A DNA stretch of 64,000 nt, taken from contig CM059432.1 in NCBI GenBank assembly GCA_030390025.1, positions 138,076,001 through 138,140,000 on the forward strand. Direction: 5' to 3'. This stretch comes from Squalus acanthias (lineage: Eukaryota). The notes beneath the pieces were generated by a model. That model saw only the letters and a list, made by a program, of their open reading frames with translations, ran no database searches and had not been told where the DNA came from. Made by a program: the position numbers and the translations under genes. Of the stretch, positions 13,885-27,112 are shown piece after piece. Positions within the stretch are counted from its first letter, which is position 1. Each line of letters begins with the position of its first letter.

Positions 13885-14934
13885 GGAGTAATTCCCGGTG
13901 TCCGGCCCAATATTTATCCCCTCAACCAACATCACGTAAAAAAAACAATTGTCTGGTCATTATCTCATTGCTGTTTGTGGGAGCAAATTGGCTGCCGCGC
14001 TTCCTACATTACAACAGTGACTACACTTTCAAAAGTACTTCATTGGCTGTGAAGCCCTTTGGGACGTCCTGAGGCCATGAAAGGCGCTATATAAATGCAA
14101 GTCTTTATTTTCTTTACTGTGTATATATACACAATCTCATACATGCGCACAGCCTGACACTCGCATTTCCATCTAGCTTCTAATACAGTGGGATGCCTCG
14201 TGTCGAACGACACTCTCCGAATCTCACACCTGGCACGAGTGTCCATTCCTCAGGTGTTTTTCAGTTTTTCTCAAAACTTTTATTTCCCCTCCACCCCGCC
14301 CAAAAAGAAATCTGTTTAAAATGGAAAAGCATCCCTGCCATGCGTGTAGGTTCCAAGAGCATTTGAACAAACACATGCCTGTATGATGTGTGTATTTACA
14401 AAAGGATATTTTTAAAAAGAGAACCCATTGTTCTTACTCTGGCTGCAGTCTTTACATGATGGATGCTTCACTCTCAAGGAACTAGGACCTTTGTAAAAAA
14501 TCAGTTTTAGGTCACATAGCAGGCTGTAATCTAAACTTTACCACTTTTATGCTGGAGAATGCCAGGATTTCCTGAATTTAAGGATGTATCTGCTATTTAA
14601 AGTACTGTATATTGTTTCTTCATTTAAGAAAACCATATTTGGGTTGAATTACCCTGACTCGGGAATGGTGATTTATCTCGCATATAACAAATTAGTGTTT
14701 TATCTCCAGTGTTTGCTGTGCAAACGAATTCTTGAACACCACAGACTCACGTAATGTCTATTGTTCAGCTGTTTATACTTGCCGTGAATAGTTTATTGAA
14801 TGGTGACTTGTTTATGTTTATCTGAACTCCTTGAAATATAGAGGCACATGACCAGTGTGTGGTTGGGATAATGGGCCTCTCTGCTGACAACAGTCAGAAT
14901 TTTCCCCAGAAACTGCTGTTGTTCTGCTTGCAGT

Positions 14935-15400
14935 TTACCCATCACCCCCTATTCTCGCCGACCCACATTGGCTCCCGGTCCGGCAACGCCCCGATTTTAA
15001 AATTCTCATCCTTGTTTTCAAATCCCTCCATGGCCTCGCCCCTCCCTATTCTCTGTAATCTCCTCCAGCCCTACAACCCTCCGAGATCTCTGCGCTCCTC
15101 CAATTCTGGCCTCTTGCGCAGCGCTGATTTCCATCGCTCCTCCATTGGCGGCCGTGCCTTCAGCTGCCTAGGCCCTCAGCTCTGGAATTCCCTCCCTAAA
15201 CCTCTCTGCCTCTCCAACTCTCTCCTTTAAGATGCTCCTTAAAACCTACCTCTTTGACCAAGCTTTTGGTCACCTGTCCTAATATCTCCTTATGTGGCTC
15301 GGTGTCAAATTTTGTCTGATAACGCTCCTGTGAAGTGCCTTGGGACGTTTTACTACTTTAAAGGTGCTATATAAATGCAAGTTGTTGCTGTTGTTGTTGT
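14935..15400 (+). mobile_element. L2 LINE 3' fragment
   Basis: LQPYNPPRSLRSSNSGLL..GGRAFSCLGPQLWNSLP; (TTG)n tail. Confidence 0.82.
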
Positions 15401-15480
15401 TCAGGGTACTGTTTCAGACAAACAGGTAGAACTGAGTGTAGAAAAGATTAATTTGTGGGTAGTGAATACAGTCAAGCCCT

Positions 15481-15735
15481 GCATGGCACTATTTCGAAGA
15501 AGAGCAGGGGAGTTCTCCCCGGTGTCCTGGGCGAATATTTATCCCTCAACCAACATAACAAAAACAGATTATCTGGTCATTATCACGTTGCTGTTTGTGG
15601 GAGCTTGCTGTGCGCAAATTGGCTGCCGCGTTTCCTACATTACAACAGTGACTGCACTTTAAAAAGTACTTCATTGGCTGTAAAGCGCTTGGGGACATCC
15701 TGAGGTTGCGAAAGGCGCTATATAAATGCAAGTCT
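15481..15735 (+). mobile_element. DeuSINE 3' half
   Basis: Homology to 6070-6322. Confidence 0.78.
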
Positions 15736-16321
15736 TACTTTTTTTCTTCTTTAAATGAATAACTGATCAAAGGATAAAACGTTTAAGAGAATTAAATCTT
15801 TATGCACAAAACTCTTCTTTCTTTTCCAATGATATCTGTCCCTGTTCATAGAATCATAGAAACTTACAGCACAGAAGGAGGCCATTCGGCCCGTCGTGCC
15901 TGTGCTGGCTCTTTGAAAGAGCCGTCGTGCTCAGTCCCACATCCCCACTTTTTGTCCGTAACCCTGCAAGTTCCTCCTCCTCCTCCTCCTCAAGTACCCG
16001 TCCAACTCCCTTTTAAAATTATTGATGGAATCAGCTTCCACCACCTTTTCAGGTCGAGCGTTCCAGATTCCGACAACTCTCTGAGTGAAAAGAATTCTTC
16101 CCATCTCCCCTCTAGATCTTTTGCCAATGATTTTAAATCTGTAACCTCTGGTTATTCACCCACTCGCCAGAGGGAATGGTTTTTCTCTCTCTACTCTATC
16201 AAAACCCCTCATCATCTTGAAAACCTCCATTAGGTCACCTCTTAACCTTCTCTGTTCCAAGGAGGACAGTCCGAACCTTTCCAACCTCTCCTCATAACTG
16301 AAGTCCCTCATCCCTGGTAAC

Positions 16322-16534
16322 CATGATGCGGAGATGCCGGTGTTGGACTGGGGTGGACAAAAGTGAGAAGTCGCACAACACCAGGTTATAGTCCAACAGT
16401 TTTATTTGAAATCACAAGCTTTCGGAGCGCTGCTCCTTCGGCTTCACCTGACGAAGGGGCAGCAGCTCCGAAAGCTTGTGATTTCAAATAAAACTGTTGG
16501 ACTATAACCTGGTGTTGTGCGACTTCTCACTTTT
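16322..16534. mobile_element. Fold-back Penelope-like fragment (H1) inserted in CR1
   Basis: 12-bp TSD atccctggtaac (16310-16321, 16535-16546); perfect 70-bp inverted arms 16359-16428 and 16465-16534. Confidence 0.8.
16444..16481 (+). ncRNA. Minimal type I hammerhead ribozyme motif (family H1)
   Basis: tcac-CTGACGA-a-ggggc-agca-gctcc-GAAA-GC-TT-gtga; helix I tcac/gtga; palindromic AGCT helix III. Confidence 0.75.
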
Positions 16535-18631
16535 ATCCCTGGTAACATCCTGGTAAACCTCCACTGTACCCTTTCTAAGACCTTTACAACTTTCCTGAAG
16601 TGTGGTGCCCGGAATTGCCCACAATACTCCAGCCGAGGCCTAACCAGTGATTTATAAAGTTCCAGCGTGATCGCTTTGCTTTTATATTCTATCCCTCTAT
16701 TTATAAACCCAATTTCTAAACCTGTTAAATGAATAAAATGTTTAATTAAACTGCAAAAGTCTTGATTTATTCATGTAAGTGTTGCATTGCCTCACTATAT
16801 TTAGCCAATGTGTTGGAGTTTGTGTCTAGGTGTGAAAATCGACTCGTAACCAATTCAGAGTCTTTTTCATCTCATCAGGTCGTGGGGCTCAAGCACTTTG
16901 GGCAATCAATGTGACAAGCGCCTTTGTTTAGGTCTATAAACCACCTCATAGGGTGCAAATGCTCAAGCTTCGTGATGCTTACAACTTACCCGTGTTTCAG
17001 TGCGCGGCATTGCTCGATGCGATTAATCAGTTTTAAAAGATTTGGTGTGATGCACTGCAATGTGTATATTGCAATGAAGCAAATGACATAAATACACTTT
17101 CAGTTTCCATAACAACCGCGTGACTTTTTACAGCACTGTGACCGCAGTCTAGCTCGCCTTGGCCATTAGCTGCTCGTCAAACTTGATGCAACAGTTAAAA
17201 TGGGATAAAAGAATAGATCGGTTGAGTGGATAAAATTACTTGGCAAAATCATTATTCATCTAACCGTTTCGCACTACATCCCCTTTCAGCTTTCTAAATC
17301 TAGGCTGCAACTCGGCAACAAGTGGGCGTACACCGAGGATCACACCGAGAGGAAGGGAGAAGTTTCACATCGAGGGTATTTAGGACATGGAATGCTTCAC
17401 CGCAAGCAGAACAGCATAGGAACAGGAGGAGGCCATTCGGCCCCTCGAGCCCGTTCCGCCATTCAGTGAGATCATGGGCTGATCTGTCTCTTAACTCCAT
17501 CCACCCGCCTTGGCTCCATATCCTTTTATACTCTTGGGCTAGCAAAAATCTATCGCTATCAGATTTAAAATTATTAATTGAGCTGGCATCTACTGGTTTT
17601 TGTGGGAGAGAGTTCCACGCTTCTACCACCTTTCATAATTTTAAAGACCTCTATTAGGTCACCCCCCCATCCTTTCCTGATAGGTATAACCTTGCAGTTC
17701 TGGTATCATCCATAGAAAAATCTTTTTTGCACCCTCTCCAGTGCCTCGATATCCTTTTTATAATATGGAGACCAGAATTGTGCACAGTTCTCCAAGTGTG
17801 GCCAAACCAGTGTTCAATACAAGTTTAACATAACATCTCTGCTTTTCAATTCTATCCCTCTAGAAATGAACCCCAGTGCTTTGCATTGTTTTATGGCCTT
17901 GTTAACGCGCGTCGCTACTTGTAATGATTTGTGAATCTGTACCCCCGTATGAGATCATGTTTACGAGTCAGCTCTCCCAGTGAGGAGATTCACGTGCCAG
18001 GGCGAACAGTAAACATTTGGGGAGCATGCTGCCCACGATTTTCCTGTGAAAGCTGGAATTTACCCCCATAATCTGAGCTGTATACACAAGCTGTGTTAAT
18101 GTCTTAGTTTGTGTATATTTCTTTTAAAAATGTGGTTACATTATACGTCCTCCAATGCCACTGGAAGTAGGATGATCTGTGGTATGACACTGGTCCTAAT
18201 ATTCCTCTCTCCTTCCATTCTTATTGCCCATCCCTCGTTGCCATAAGGAGCTGGTGGTGGACTGCCTTCTTGAACCGCTGTAGGGTTTAATACAACTGAG
18301 GGGCTTGTTAGGCCACTTCAGAAGGAAGTTAACAGTCAATCATATTGGTGTGGGACTGGAGTCACATACAGGCCAGACAGCGTAAGGACGGCAGGTTTCC
18401 TTCCCTAAAGGAGCATTAGTGAACTGGTTGGGTTTTTACGACAATTCCACGGTCACTTTTATCAGTTTTTTCATTTCCGTTTTTTAGAAACTCGTATGCA
18501 CAGTGCACTTTGCCTGAGCACGGCCCCATTGTGCTCCTGGTGTGTATGCCTGCTCTTTGGGTGCAGAGGAGAGAAAAATCTCGCCCCCTGTCTTTTTGTT
18601 GTATGAAGCTGACCTCATCACCCCAGTAACT

Positions 18632-19000
18632 TGAGACTCCAGAGACCTGAGCAGAGAATCCAGGCTGACACACCCAGTGCAGCGCTGAGGGAGTGCTGTA
18701 CGGTCGGAGGTGCCGTCTTTCGGATGAGAACCTTAAGCTGAGATCCCCGTCTGTGCTCTCAGGTGGATGTGAAAGATCCCACCCGCCACACTATTTCGAA
18801 GAAGAAGCATTTATCCCTCAACCAACACCTAAATCAGATTATCTGGTCACTTGTCACATTGCTGTTTGTGGGATCTTGCTGTGTGCCAATTGGCTGCTGC
18901 GTTTCCTATATTATAACAATGACTAGACTTCAAAAGTACTTCATTGGCTTTAAAGCGCTTTGGGACGTCCTGAGGTCGTGAAAGGCGCTATATAAATGGG
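18632..19000 (+). mobile_element. DeuSINE
   Basis: Homology to 5930-6322. Confidence 0.75.
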
Positions 19001-19657
19001 AGTTCTCTACCTCTGCTCTTCTAAGACGCTTCTAAAATCCGACCTCTTTGACCAAGCTTTTGGTCACCTGTCCTAATATCTCCTTACATTGCTCGGTGTC
19101 AAATTTTGTCCGATAACGCTCCTGTAAAGTACTTTGGGACGGTTTACTAAGTTAAAGACGCTATATAAATGCACATTGTTGTTGTTGTTGTTGTCCTCTA
19201 TTGGAGACTGGTTCCAAGTTCCAGTTTGACATCTAGTGAGCTCTCCCACACCATACCCAGCTGTGCTCCTTTCTGTTTGAGTTTGGCCTTTCTTGAGCCT
19301 CTTCAACACCTCGAGGCTTGCCTTAAATAAGCACTATCTTTCTCTTTGCTCTTGATCGCCATGGCGTGGGGGAGAGTGGACTATAGTGACCAAGGTACGG
19401 GAGGATGAAAGTGCGAGAGTGACCACTTCTTGTGCGGGAGGTAAGCTGCAGAATGAAGTGGGTTGCGTAGATGCGGCCAGCAAAGCAGTCGGTGGGGAGG
19501 GACGTCGAGGGAATTAAGTAAAACTGGAGTTTCAATACTCAAGCCCATTCCTGCTGTATTGACTTTTGCAGATTGGATGCTTGTCTGTACTTTGTCCAGA
19601 ATTACTGAAATGCGATTCAGAAGATGAAGCAGTTTCAACTGCACAAACTCACACTGG

Positions 19658-20277
19658 GGGCTGGATTTTGATACTGGGGCGGGTTGGGGTCGTGTTATCC
19701 ACCCGACTGCAATTGGATGTGGGAGATTGATGCAATTTTCATCTAATTGGGCAATTGAGTTCCAGCATGTGGGAACCCATGAACCAATTAGTGTTTTCAG
19801 TCTGAAAGTCGCCTCTGATGATGTCATCATTGCTGCTGCATTGAAGGTCTTCAGAGACTGCCTGGCCTTTGTTGTGAGAGGACCTGGATGCAAAATGAGC
19901 AGCAGCACTAAGTCTGCGCCCAGATATTTTTACACCACCACTGAGAGAGAGAGAGAGAGAGAGAGATCCAGCCAAATGTGCTCCCGCCAGGTTTCACAAT
20001 CGTGGTTCGGAACAGGCGTGCTTCACGTAGAACAAGGGTTAAAATCACAAAGGCCTTTCAAAATGGCATTATAGAGCCAATTTAGTGCTTGTTAAGGGCC
20101 TTAACGGCCTATCCCGCCTCTTAAAGGCGGGACGCAGGCGGGACCAGCAGACACGATTTAATGAAAATTGCGTGGAGGCGGGATGGAGGCGGACTTGTGC
20201 CCGCCCGCCAGTTTTCGCAATTTTAACCCCCCACACGCCTCCAAACCCACCTCCACGGGTCAATGAAAATCCAGCCC
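19658..20277. mobile_element. PIF/Harbinger-like MITE family A, copy 3
   Basis: TIR GGGCTGGATTTT, TSD TGG; highly similar to 1439-2190; internal (GA)n. Confidence 0.85.
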
Positions 20278-20288
20278 TGGATGTTTTT

Positions 20289-20292
<4 letters not shown>

Positions 20293-20322
<30 letters not shown>
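20293..20322. repeat. (CT)n microsatellite
   Basis: Directly visible. Confidence 0.9.
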
Positions 20323-20327
<5 letters not shown>

Positions 20328-20556
20328 GACCCTTCCCACATACATATTGAGGGTATAAAATACCTAAAGAGGAAGGTGGAAAGATTGTTCTCAGTAGAGG
20401 GGATTTGAAAAGTGTAGCAACCTGTCCCCACAGTAAAAAAAAAATATTTGTTAATGAACATAATGAGGTAGAAAAAAAGGTTGAGCAAGTACAGCACACA
20501 TTTATTAGGCCTGTATATGCTTCAAAATGAAGGTCGGCTATCTGTTTTACCAGAAT

Positions 20557-20825
20557 TAGGGTTGTCAACTCTGGTCAGACATATTCCTGGAGTTTTCATC
20601 ACACGACCTCTGCCATGCCAGGTCAAACAGCCTTTATCTTCCATCTCCAATATTTTTATAACTATTAAACAAAAAAGTGAGAAAAGAAAATGAAAAAAAA
20701 CCCACACAATTCTTCTTAACGCCCCCTATGATTTTTCTCTCCTGGTTTGCTCACAGCTGTGTCCTGGAGATTAAACTTCAATTCCTGGAGACTCCAGGTC
20801 AGTCCTGGAGGGTTGGCAACCCCCC
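20557..20825. mobile_element. hAT-like MITE (degenerate)
   Basis: TAGGGTTGTCAAC...GTTGGCAACCC termini; 8-bp TSD not clean. Confidence 0.55.
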
Positions 20826-22344
20826 CCCCCGTAGAATAGAGGAGGAATTACTTTTAATTGTTCAAATGCAGATAAGAGACAATTGTTTCGTTGACTTTTT
20901 TTTTAACCTGGAATAACATGTCCCTCACACCCTTGGGGAAAAACAAAATCTTACATCAATGCTGCTAAAATTCACCAGACCGCCCAGCCCTTTATAGGCC
21001 CATTTAATCTGCTTAGCAATAAATTTAATCGACTTTGTTACTGGGAGGATCAAAATTATTATGGCAGTGAACATTTACAGCTCTAATAAGGCACTGAAAA
21101 GTTAACTTGCAACGGAAAATGAAGTCACGCAAATTGATAGTCAGCAGGTGATGGTTGAAGAAAAGCACAGCCGAATTGTGGAAGCAGTAATGGATATTAG
21201 CAGTTGCAGGGACATTTTCTCGCCCGTGTATACTTTCCTCCTCATTACCTTAATGCCTTCTCCACACTACCTTTGGGATTGGCCCATCCAGTGCAAAGCT
21301 GGCTGGAGAAAAATAAGATAGACAGAAAGATCATGGTGAATGAGGCCGCCCTGTTCCAATGCACGCTTCCAGTGGTCGGGTATCCATGACAACAGCGTGC
21401 AATTGGTAGAATTCCAACTATCGTTTTCAAATAAAAATCACTCTGTCATTTTTTAATGCTTGCTGCTTTTCAGTTTTGCATTACATTTTTAATGTTTTTT
21501 CAACAATCGCGTGCCAAATTCAATATGATTTTATGTTGAATTTTAATAAGTACCAACATATTGCTTTCAATATAGATGAAAATACATTTACAGGGCTGTG
21601 GAGAAAGAGCAAGGGGGAGTGGGACTAATTGGATAGATCTTTCAAAGAGCCGGCACAGGCACGATGGGCCAAATGACCTTCCTCTGTGCTGTATAATTCC
21701 ATGACTTATTGATATTATCCAATTTGCAATAAACAGAAGAACCTAAGAAATAGGAGCTGGAGTCGACCATTTGGCCCTTCGAGCCTGCTCCGCCATTCAG
21801 TAAGATCATGGCTGATCTACTACCTCAACTCCACCTTCCCACACTATCCCCATATCACTTAATCCCCTTCGTTCCTAAAAATTTATCGACCTCTGTCTTG
21901 AATATACTCAACGACCGATCAACAACAGCCCTCTGGGGTACAGAATTCCAAAGATTCACCACCCTCTGAGTGAAGAAATTTCTCCTCATCTCAGTCCTAA
22001 ATGCCCGACCCCTTATTCTGAGACTGTGACCACGTGTTCTAGATTCCCCAGCCAGGGAAAACATCTTCCCAGCATTAACCCTGTCAAGCCCCATAAGAAT
22101 TTTATATGTTTCAATTAGATCGCTTCTCATTCTTCTAAACTCTAAGGAATATAGGCCGAGTCTACTCAGTCTCTCCTCATAGGGCAACTCGCTCATCCCA
22201 GGAACCAGTCTAGTGAACCTTCGTTGCACGCCCTCTAAGGCAAGTATGTCTTTCCTTAGGTAAGGAGGCCAGAACTGTACACAGTACTCCAGGTGTGGTC
22301 TCACCAATGCCCTGTATAATTGTAATAAGACTTCTTTACTCTTA

Positions 22345-23022
22345 GGGGGTGAAATTCGACTCCTTTGTGCCTGCCATTAGCGCCTCCGGGGGGCGCTAAC
22401 GGAGCACAAAGGGGTTGTTGCCCGGGGAGGGGGTTGAAAAAAGCGCCTCCTGCGAAATTCGGTGGGGTGTTGCTGAGGCGCTACCCGATAGCGCCGCGCC
22501 CCCGCCGGTAGTGCCCCGGGCCACCGCGCCTCCGGCGATGACGTCATCGCCATGTGCGCCGACCCCTTAGCGGCCCGCCACATCCCCTTACCGCCCCGCA
22601 GGGCGATAGTTAAAGGGGAGGTGTGACCGCGACCCGCGCCGCCATTTTCTTTTTCTGACCGACCTCCAAGTCGACCCTCCGTGGTGTGCCGTGGCGTGGT
22701 CCTGGCTGCCATCGCGCAGCCCGGCACCGCATCTCTGGTGGCCTAGTAGGGGCCATCGGAGGCCCTGCAGAGTGCACTGCGACCCTCCCCTTTAACTGAA
22801 GGGGAGGTGCGCTGAAACGCGCGGAACGCTGCCAATCGCGCCCCAACATCGCCTTGGTTACCACCCCACCAGGAAGTGGAGCGCCCGACATTGCGCTCCA
22901 CTTCCTGGGCGGGGCGGTAAGGCGAATTTCGCGACCAGGGCGGGACTTCCTCGCCGGGCGCAGGATGTCCCGCCTTGCCAGCATTACCGCCCCGAAACGG
23001 GGCGCTACCGAATTTCGCGCCC
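22345..23022. mobile_element. PIF/Harbinger-like GC-rich MITE family B
   Basis: GGGGGTGAAATTCG...CGAATTTCGCGCCC, TSD TTA; interrupts the CR1 RT region. Confidence 0.8.
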
Positions 23023-23758
23023 TTATACTCTAATCCCTTTGTAACAAAAGCTAACATACCATTTGCTTTCCTAATTGCTTGCTGTACCTGCATGTTAACT
23101 TTCTGTGATTCATGTACAAGGACACCCAGCTCCCTCTGAGTGCAAACATTTCCCAGTCTCTCACCATTCAAAAAATATTCTGCTTTTTTGTTTTTCCTAC
23201 CAAAGTGGATAACTTCACACTTCCCCACATTGTATTCCATTTGCCATGTTCTTGCCCACTCAGTCAACCTGTCTATATCTCTCTGCAGCCTTTTTCCATT
23301 CTCCTCACAGCTTACTTTCCCACCTAACTTTGTATCATCAGCAAACTTGGATACGTTACACTCAGTCCCGTCATCTAAGTCATTAATATAGATTGTAAAT
23401 AGCTGAGGCCCAACCATTGATCCTTGCGGTACCCCGCTAGTTACAGCCCACCAACCTGAAAAAGTCCCATTTATTCCTACTCTGTTTTCTGTCCATTAAC
23501 CAATCCTCAATCCATGCTAACATATTACCCCCAATACAGTGAGTCCTAATTTTGTGTAATAACCTCTTGTGTGGCACCTTATCGAATGCTTTTTGAAAAT
23601 CCAGATACATCCACTGGTTCCCCCTTATCCATCCTACTAGTTACATCTTCAAAAAACAGATTTATCAAACACGATTTCCTTTTCATAGAACCATGTTGAC
23701 TCTGCCTAATCATATTACGATTTTCTAAGTGCCCTGTTACCACGTCCCTAATAATAGA

Positions 23759-25680
23759 AACAGCAAAGGCTGTGGGCCCCGACAACATCCCAGCTATTGT
23801 GCTGAATACTTGTGCTCCAGAACTAGCTGTGCCTCTAGCCAAGCTGTTCCAGTACAGCGACAACACTGGCATCTATCCAACAATGTGGAAAACTGCCCAG
23901 GTATGTCCTGGCCACAAAAAGCAGGACAAATCCAATCCAGCCAATTACCGCCCCATCAGTCTACTCTCAATCATCAGCAAAGTGATGGAAGGTGTCATCA
24001 ACAGTGCTATCAAGCGGCACTTACTCACCAATAACCTGCTCACTGATGCTCAGTTTGGGTTCCGCCAAGACCACTCGGCTCCCGAACTCGGGTGACTGTC
24101 TGTGTGGAGTTTGCACATTCTCCCCGTGTCTGCGTGGGTTTCCTCCGGGTGCTCCGGTTTCCTCCCACAGTCCAAAAATGTGCGGGTTAGGTTGATTTGG
24201 CTACGATAAATTGACCCTTAGTGTTAGGGGGGGATTAAATATGTGGGGTTACGGGGATAGGATGGGATATGTTAGGGGGAATTAAATACGGGGATAGGGT
24301 GGGATATGTGTCAGTGCAGGCTCTATGGGGATTCTGTGTGAGAAAGCAGGGACAGGGTACTGGATTTGGATGATCAGCCATGATCGTATTGAATGGCGGA
24401 GCAGGCTCGACGGGCCGAATGGCCTACTCCTGCTCCTAGTTTCTATGTTTCTATGAACTCATTACAGCCTTGGTCCAAACATGGACAAAGGAGCTGAATT
24501 CCAGAGGTGAGGTGAGAGTGACTGCCCTTGACATCAAGGCAGCATTTGACCGAGTGTGGCATCAAGGAGCCCTAATAAAACTGAAGTCAATGGGAATCGG
24601 GGGGAAAACTCTCCACTGGCTGGAGTCATACCTAGCACAAAGGAAGATGGTTGTAGTGGTTGAAGGTCAATCATCACAGCCCCAGGACATCGCTGCTGGA
24701 GTTCCTCAAGGCAGTGTCCTAGGCCCAACCATCTTCAGCTGCTTCATCAATGACCTTCCCTCCAAGTTCAGAAATGGGGATGTTCGCTGATGATTGCACA
24801 GTGTTCAGCGCCATGCACAACTCCTCAGATAATGAAGCAGTCCATGCCCGCATGCAACAAGACCTGGACAACGTTCAGGTTTGGTCTGATAAGTGGCAGG
24901 TTACATTCGCGCCACAGAAGTGCCAGGCAATGACTATCTCCAACAAGCGAGAGTCTAATCACCGCCCCTTGACACTCAACGGCATCACCGAATCACCCAC
25001 AATCAACATCCTGGGGGTTACCATTGACCAGAAATTAACTGGACCAGCCACATAAATACTGTGGCAACAAGAGCAGGTCAGAGGCTAGGTATTCTGCGGC
25101 GAGTGTCTCATCTCCTGACTCCCCAAAGCCTTTCCACCATCTACAAGGCACAAGTAAGGAGTGTGATGGAATACTCTCCACTTGCCTGGATGAGTGCAGC
25201 TCCAACAACACTCAAGAAGCTCGACACCATCCAGGACAAATCAGCCCGCTTGATTGGCACCCCATCCACCACCTTAAACATTCACTCCCTCCACCACCGG
25301 CGTACCGTGGCTGCAGTTTGTACCATCTACAAGATGCAATGCAGCAACTCGCCAAGGCTTCTTCAGCGGCACCTCCCAAACCCACAACCTCTTCCACCTA
25401 GAAGGACAAGGGCAGCAGGCGCATGGGAACACCACCACCTCCAAGTTCTCCTCCAAGTCACACACCATCCTGACTTGGAAGTATATCGCCGATCCTTCAT
25501 CGTCGCTGGGTCATAATCCTGGAACTCCCTACCTAACAGCACTGTGGGAGTACCATCACCACACGGACTGCAGCGGTTCAAGAAGGTGGCTCACCACCAC
25601 CTTCTCAAGGGCAATTAGGGATGGGCAATAAATGCTGGCCTTGCCAGCGACGCCCACATCCCATGAACGAATTAAAAAAA
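23759..25680 (+). mobile_element. Second CR1/L2-clade LINE family, 5'-truncated RT region, frameshifted
   Basis: NYRPISLLS..QFGFR, ALDIKAAFDRV, GVPQGSVLGP, FADD; A-rich 3' end; probable TSD aataga. Confidence 0.85.
24090..24454 (+). mobile_element. 5'-truncated HE1-like V-SINE
   Basis: V-domain plus CR1 tail (ttctatg)n; TSD gaactc (24084-24089, 24455-24460). Confidence 0.8.
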
Positions 25681-25947
25681 AATAGATTCTAGCATTTTCC
25701 CTACTACTGATGTCAGGCTAACTGGCCGATAGATCCCCGTTTTTTCTCTTCCTCCTTTCTTAAGTAGCGGGGTTATGTATGCTACCTTCCAATCCTTGGG
25801 GACTGTTCTAGAATCTAGAGAATTCTGGAAGATTAATACCAGTGCATCCACTATCTCTGCAGCTACCTCTTTTAAAACCCTAGGATGCAGGTTGTCAGGT
25901 CCAGGGGATTTGTCGCCACTTCGTCCCATTAATTTCTCCAGTACTAT

Positions 25948-26683
25948 GGGGGAGAAATTCGGTATAGCCCCATTTGGGGCGCTAAAACTTTAAAAGTTGA
26001 AGAATTAGCGGCGCTAATCATTGTTGACTCCCGCGAAATTCATTGTTAGCGCTCCAACTTAGGGCGCTAACCTCTGAGAGCGGAGCGCTACCGGCAGAGC
26101 GATAAAGAAGGTCACGCGCAGTCCAAATGGCACGCTTTAATCACATCTCTTAAAGGGAAGGGCCAATCACGCTGTATAACCTCAGAGTCATCAGTGGTGT
26201 TTTTCAACGTGACCTGGGCCACTGCCATTGCCGCCCCCATCACTTTCAGCAAGTGCAGCATTTGGAGATGTTTGAGGAAAAGGTGTAAACAATTGTCCGC
26301 AGGCAGCAGACTGGTGCAAGTAATAAATGGTGCGATCGCTGAAAGCGCCTTTTTCGCAATGTGTAAGCGCCCCGTTAGCATTCCCTTTAATTACCGCTGC
26401 TGCAGCGCACTTCCCAGTGCACAGCGCCTCCTCTCACTGGCGTTGTCGGCGCGAGGCGCTAAATCAGGGGGCGAAAGGCAGCTTTGCATCGGGGCCGTTA
26501 ACGGAGCGTTGCACACGCAGTGACGTCACCATGTGAGAGGCGCTAGAGGCCGAGGCGCTAACTCACCACTGAAGGTCGCATGCGGCGTTGGATTCACCAT
26601 GGCCGGGCGCTAACCCCTTAGCGTCCCGTTAGTGCCCCCGCCAGACGCTAACGGGAGGCGCTAACCTACCAAATTTCGCGGCC
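25948..26683. mobile_element. PIF/Harbinger-like GC-rich MITE family B
   Basis: GGGGGAGAAATT...AATTTCGCGGCC, TSD TAT; interrupts CR1. Confidence 0.75.
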
Positions 26684-27112
26684 TATGTCTTTACTTATAC
26701 TGATTTCTTTAAGTTCCTCATTCTCTCTAGACCCTTGGTTCCCCATTATTTCCGGAAAGTTTTTTGTGTCTTCTACTGTGAAGACAGATACAAAGTATTT
26801 GTTTAATGTCTGCCATTTCCTTATTGACCATTATAATTTCTCCCGTCTCTACCTCTAATGGGCCCACGTTTACTTTCACTAATCTCTTCCTATTTACATA
26901 CCTATAAAAACGTTTACAATCTGTTTTTATGTTTCTTGCTAATTTACTCTCATAATCTTTTTTCTCTTTCCTTATCAATTTCTTGGTCCTCCTTTGCTGA
27001 ATTCTGAAATCCTCCCAATCCTCAGGCTTACTACACTATTTGGCAACATTATAAGCCTCTTTGATCTAATACTGTCTTTAACTTCTCTTGTTTGCCACGG
27101 TTGGACAAAATG

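Larger units (their letters stand above)
13502..14105 (+). mobile_element. Full-length DeuSINE containing a Penelope-like insert
   Basis: Head, Deu core and tail homology. Confidence 0.8.
15845..16710 (-). mobile_element. CR1 LINE 3' fragment
   Basis: (catagaat) tail and CR1 3' body; hosts the fold-back insert. Confidence 0.78.
21740..27110 (-). mobile_element. Long decayed CR1 LINE with nested insertions
   Basis: ORF2 fragments LFTIYINDLD..KFADDTKL, SPGPDNLHPRVLKE..YRPVSLTSVVGKMLE and VRPHLEYCVQFWPP, split by insertions. Confidence 0.88.

Noticed and set aside
16412..16440. Additional minus-strand hammerhead in the left arm
   Set aside because: The core lacks CUGA because of the inversion junction, so it was not counted as a complete motif.
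19340..19446. Possible upstream ZNF516 non-coding exon (GAG|GTAAGC at 19441)
   Set aside because: A donor-like hexamer alone is not enough evidence without transcript or conservation data.
23772..25516. Active reverse transcriptase gene
   Set aside because: It is 5'-truncated, frameshifted and interrupted by a SINE.
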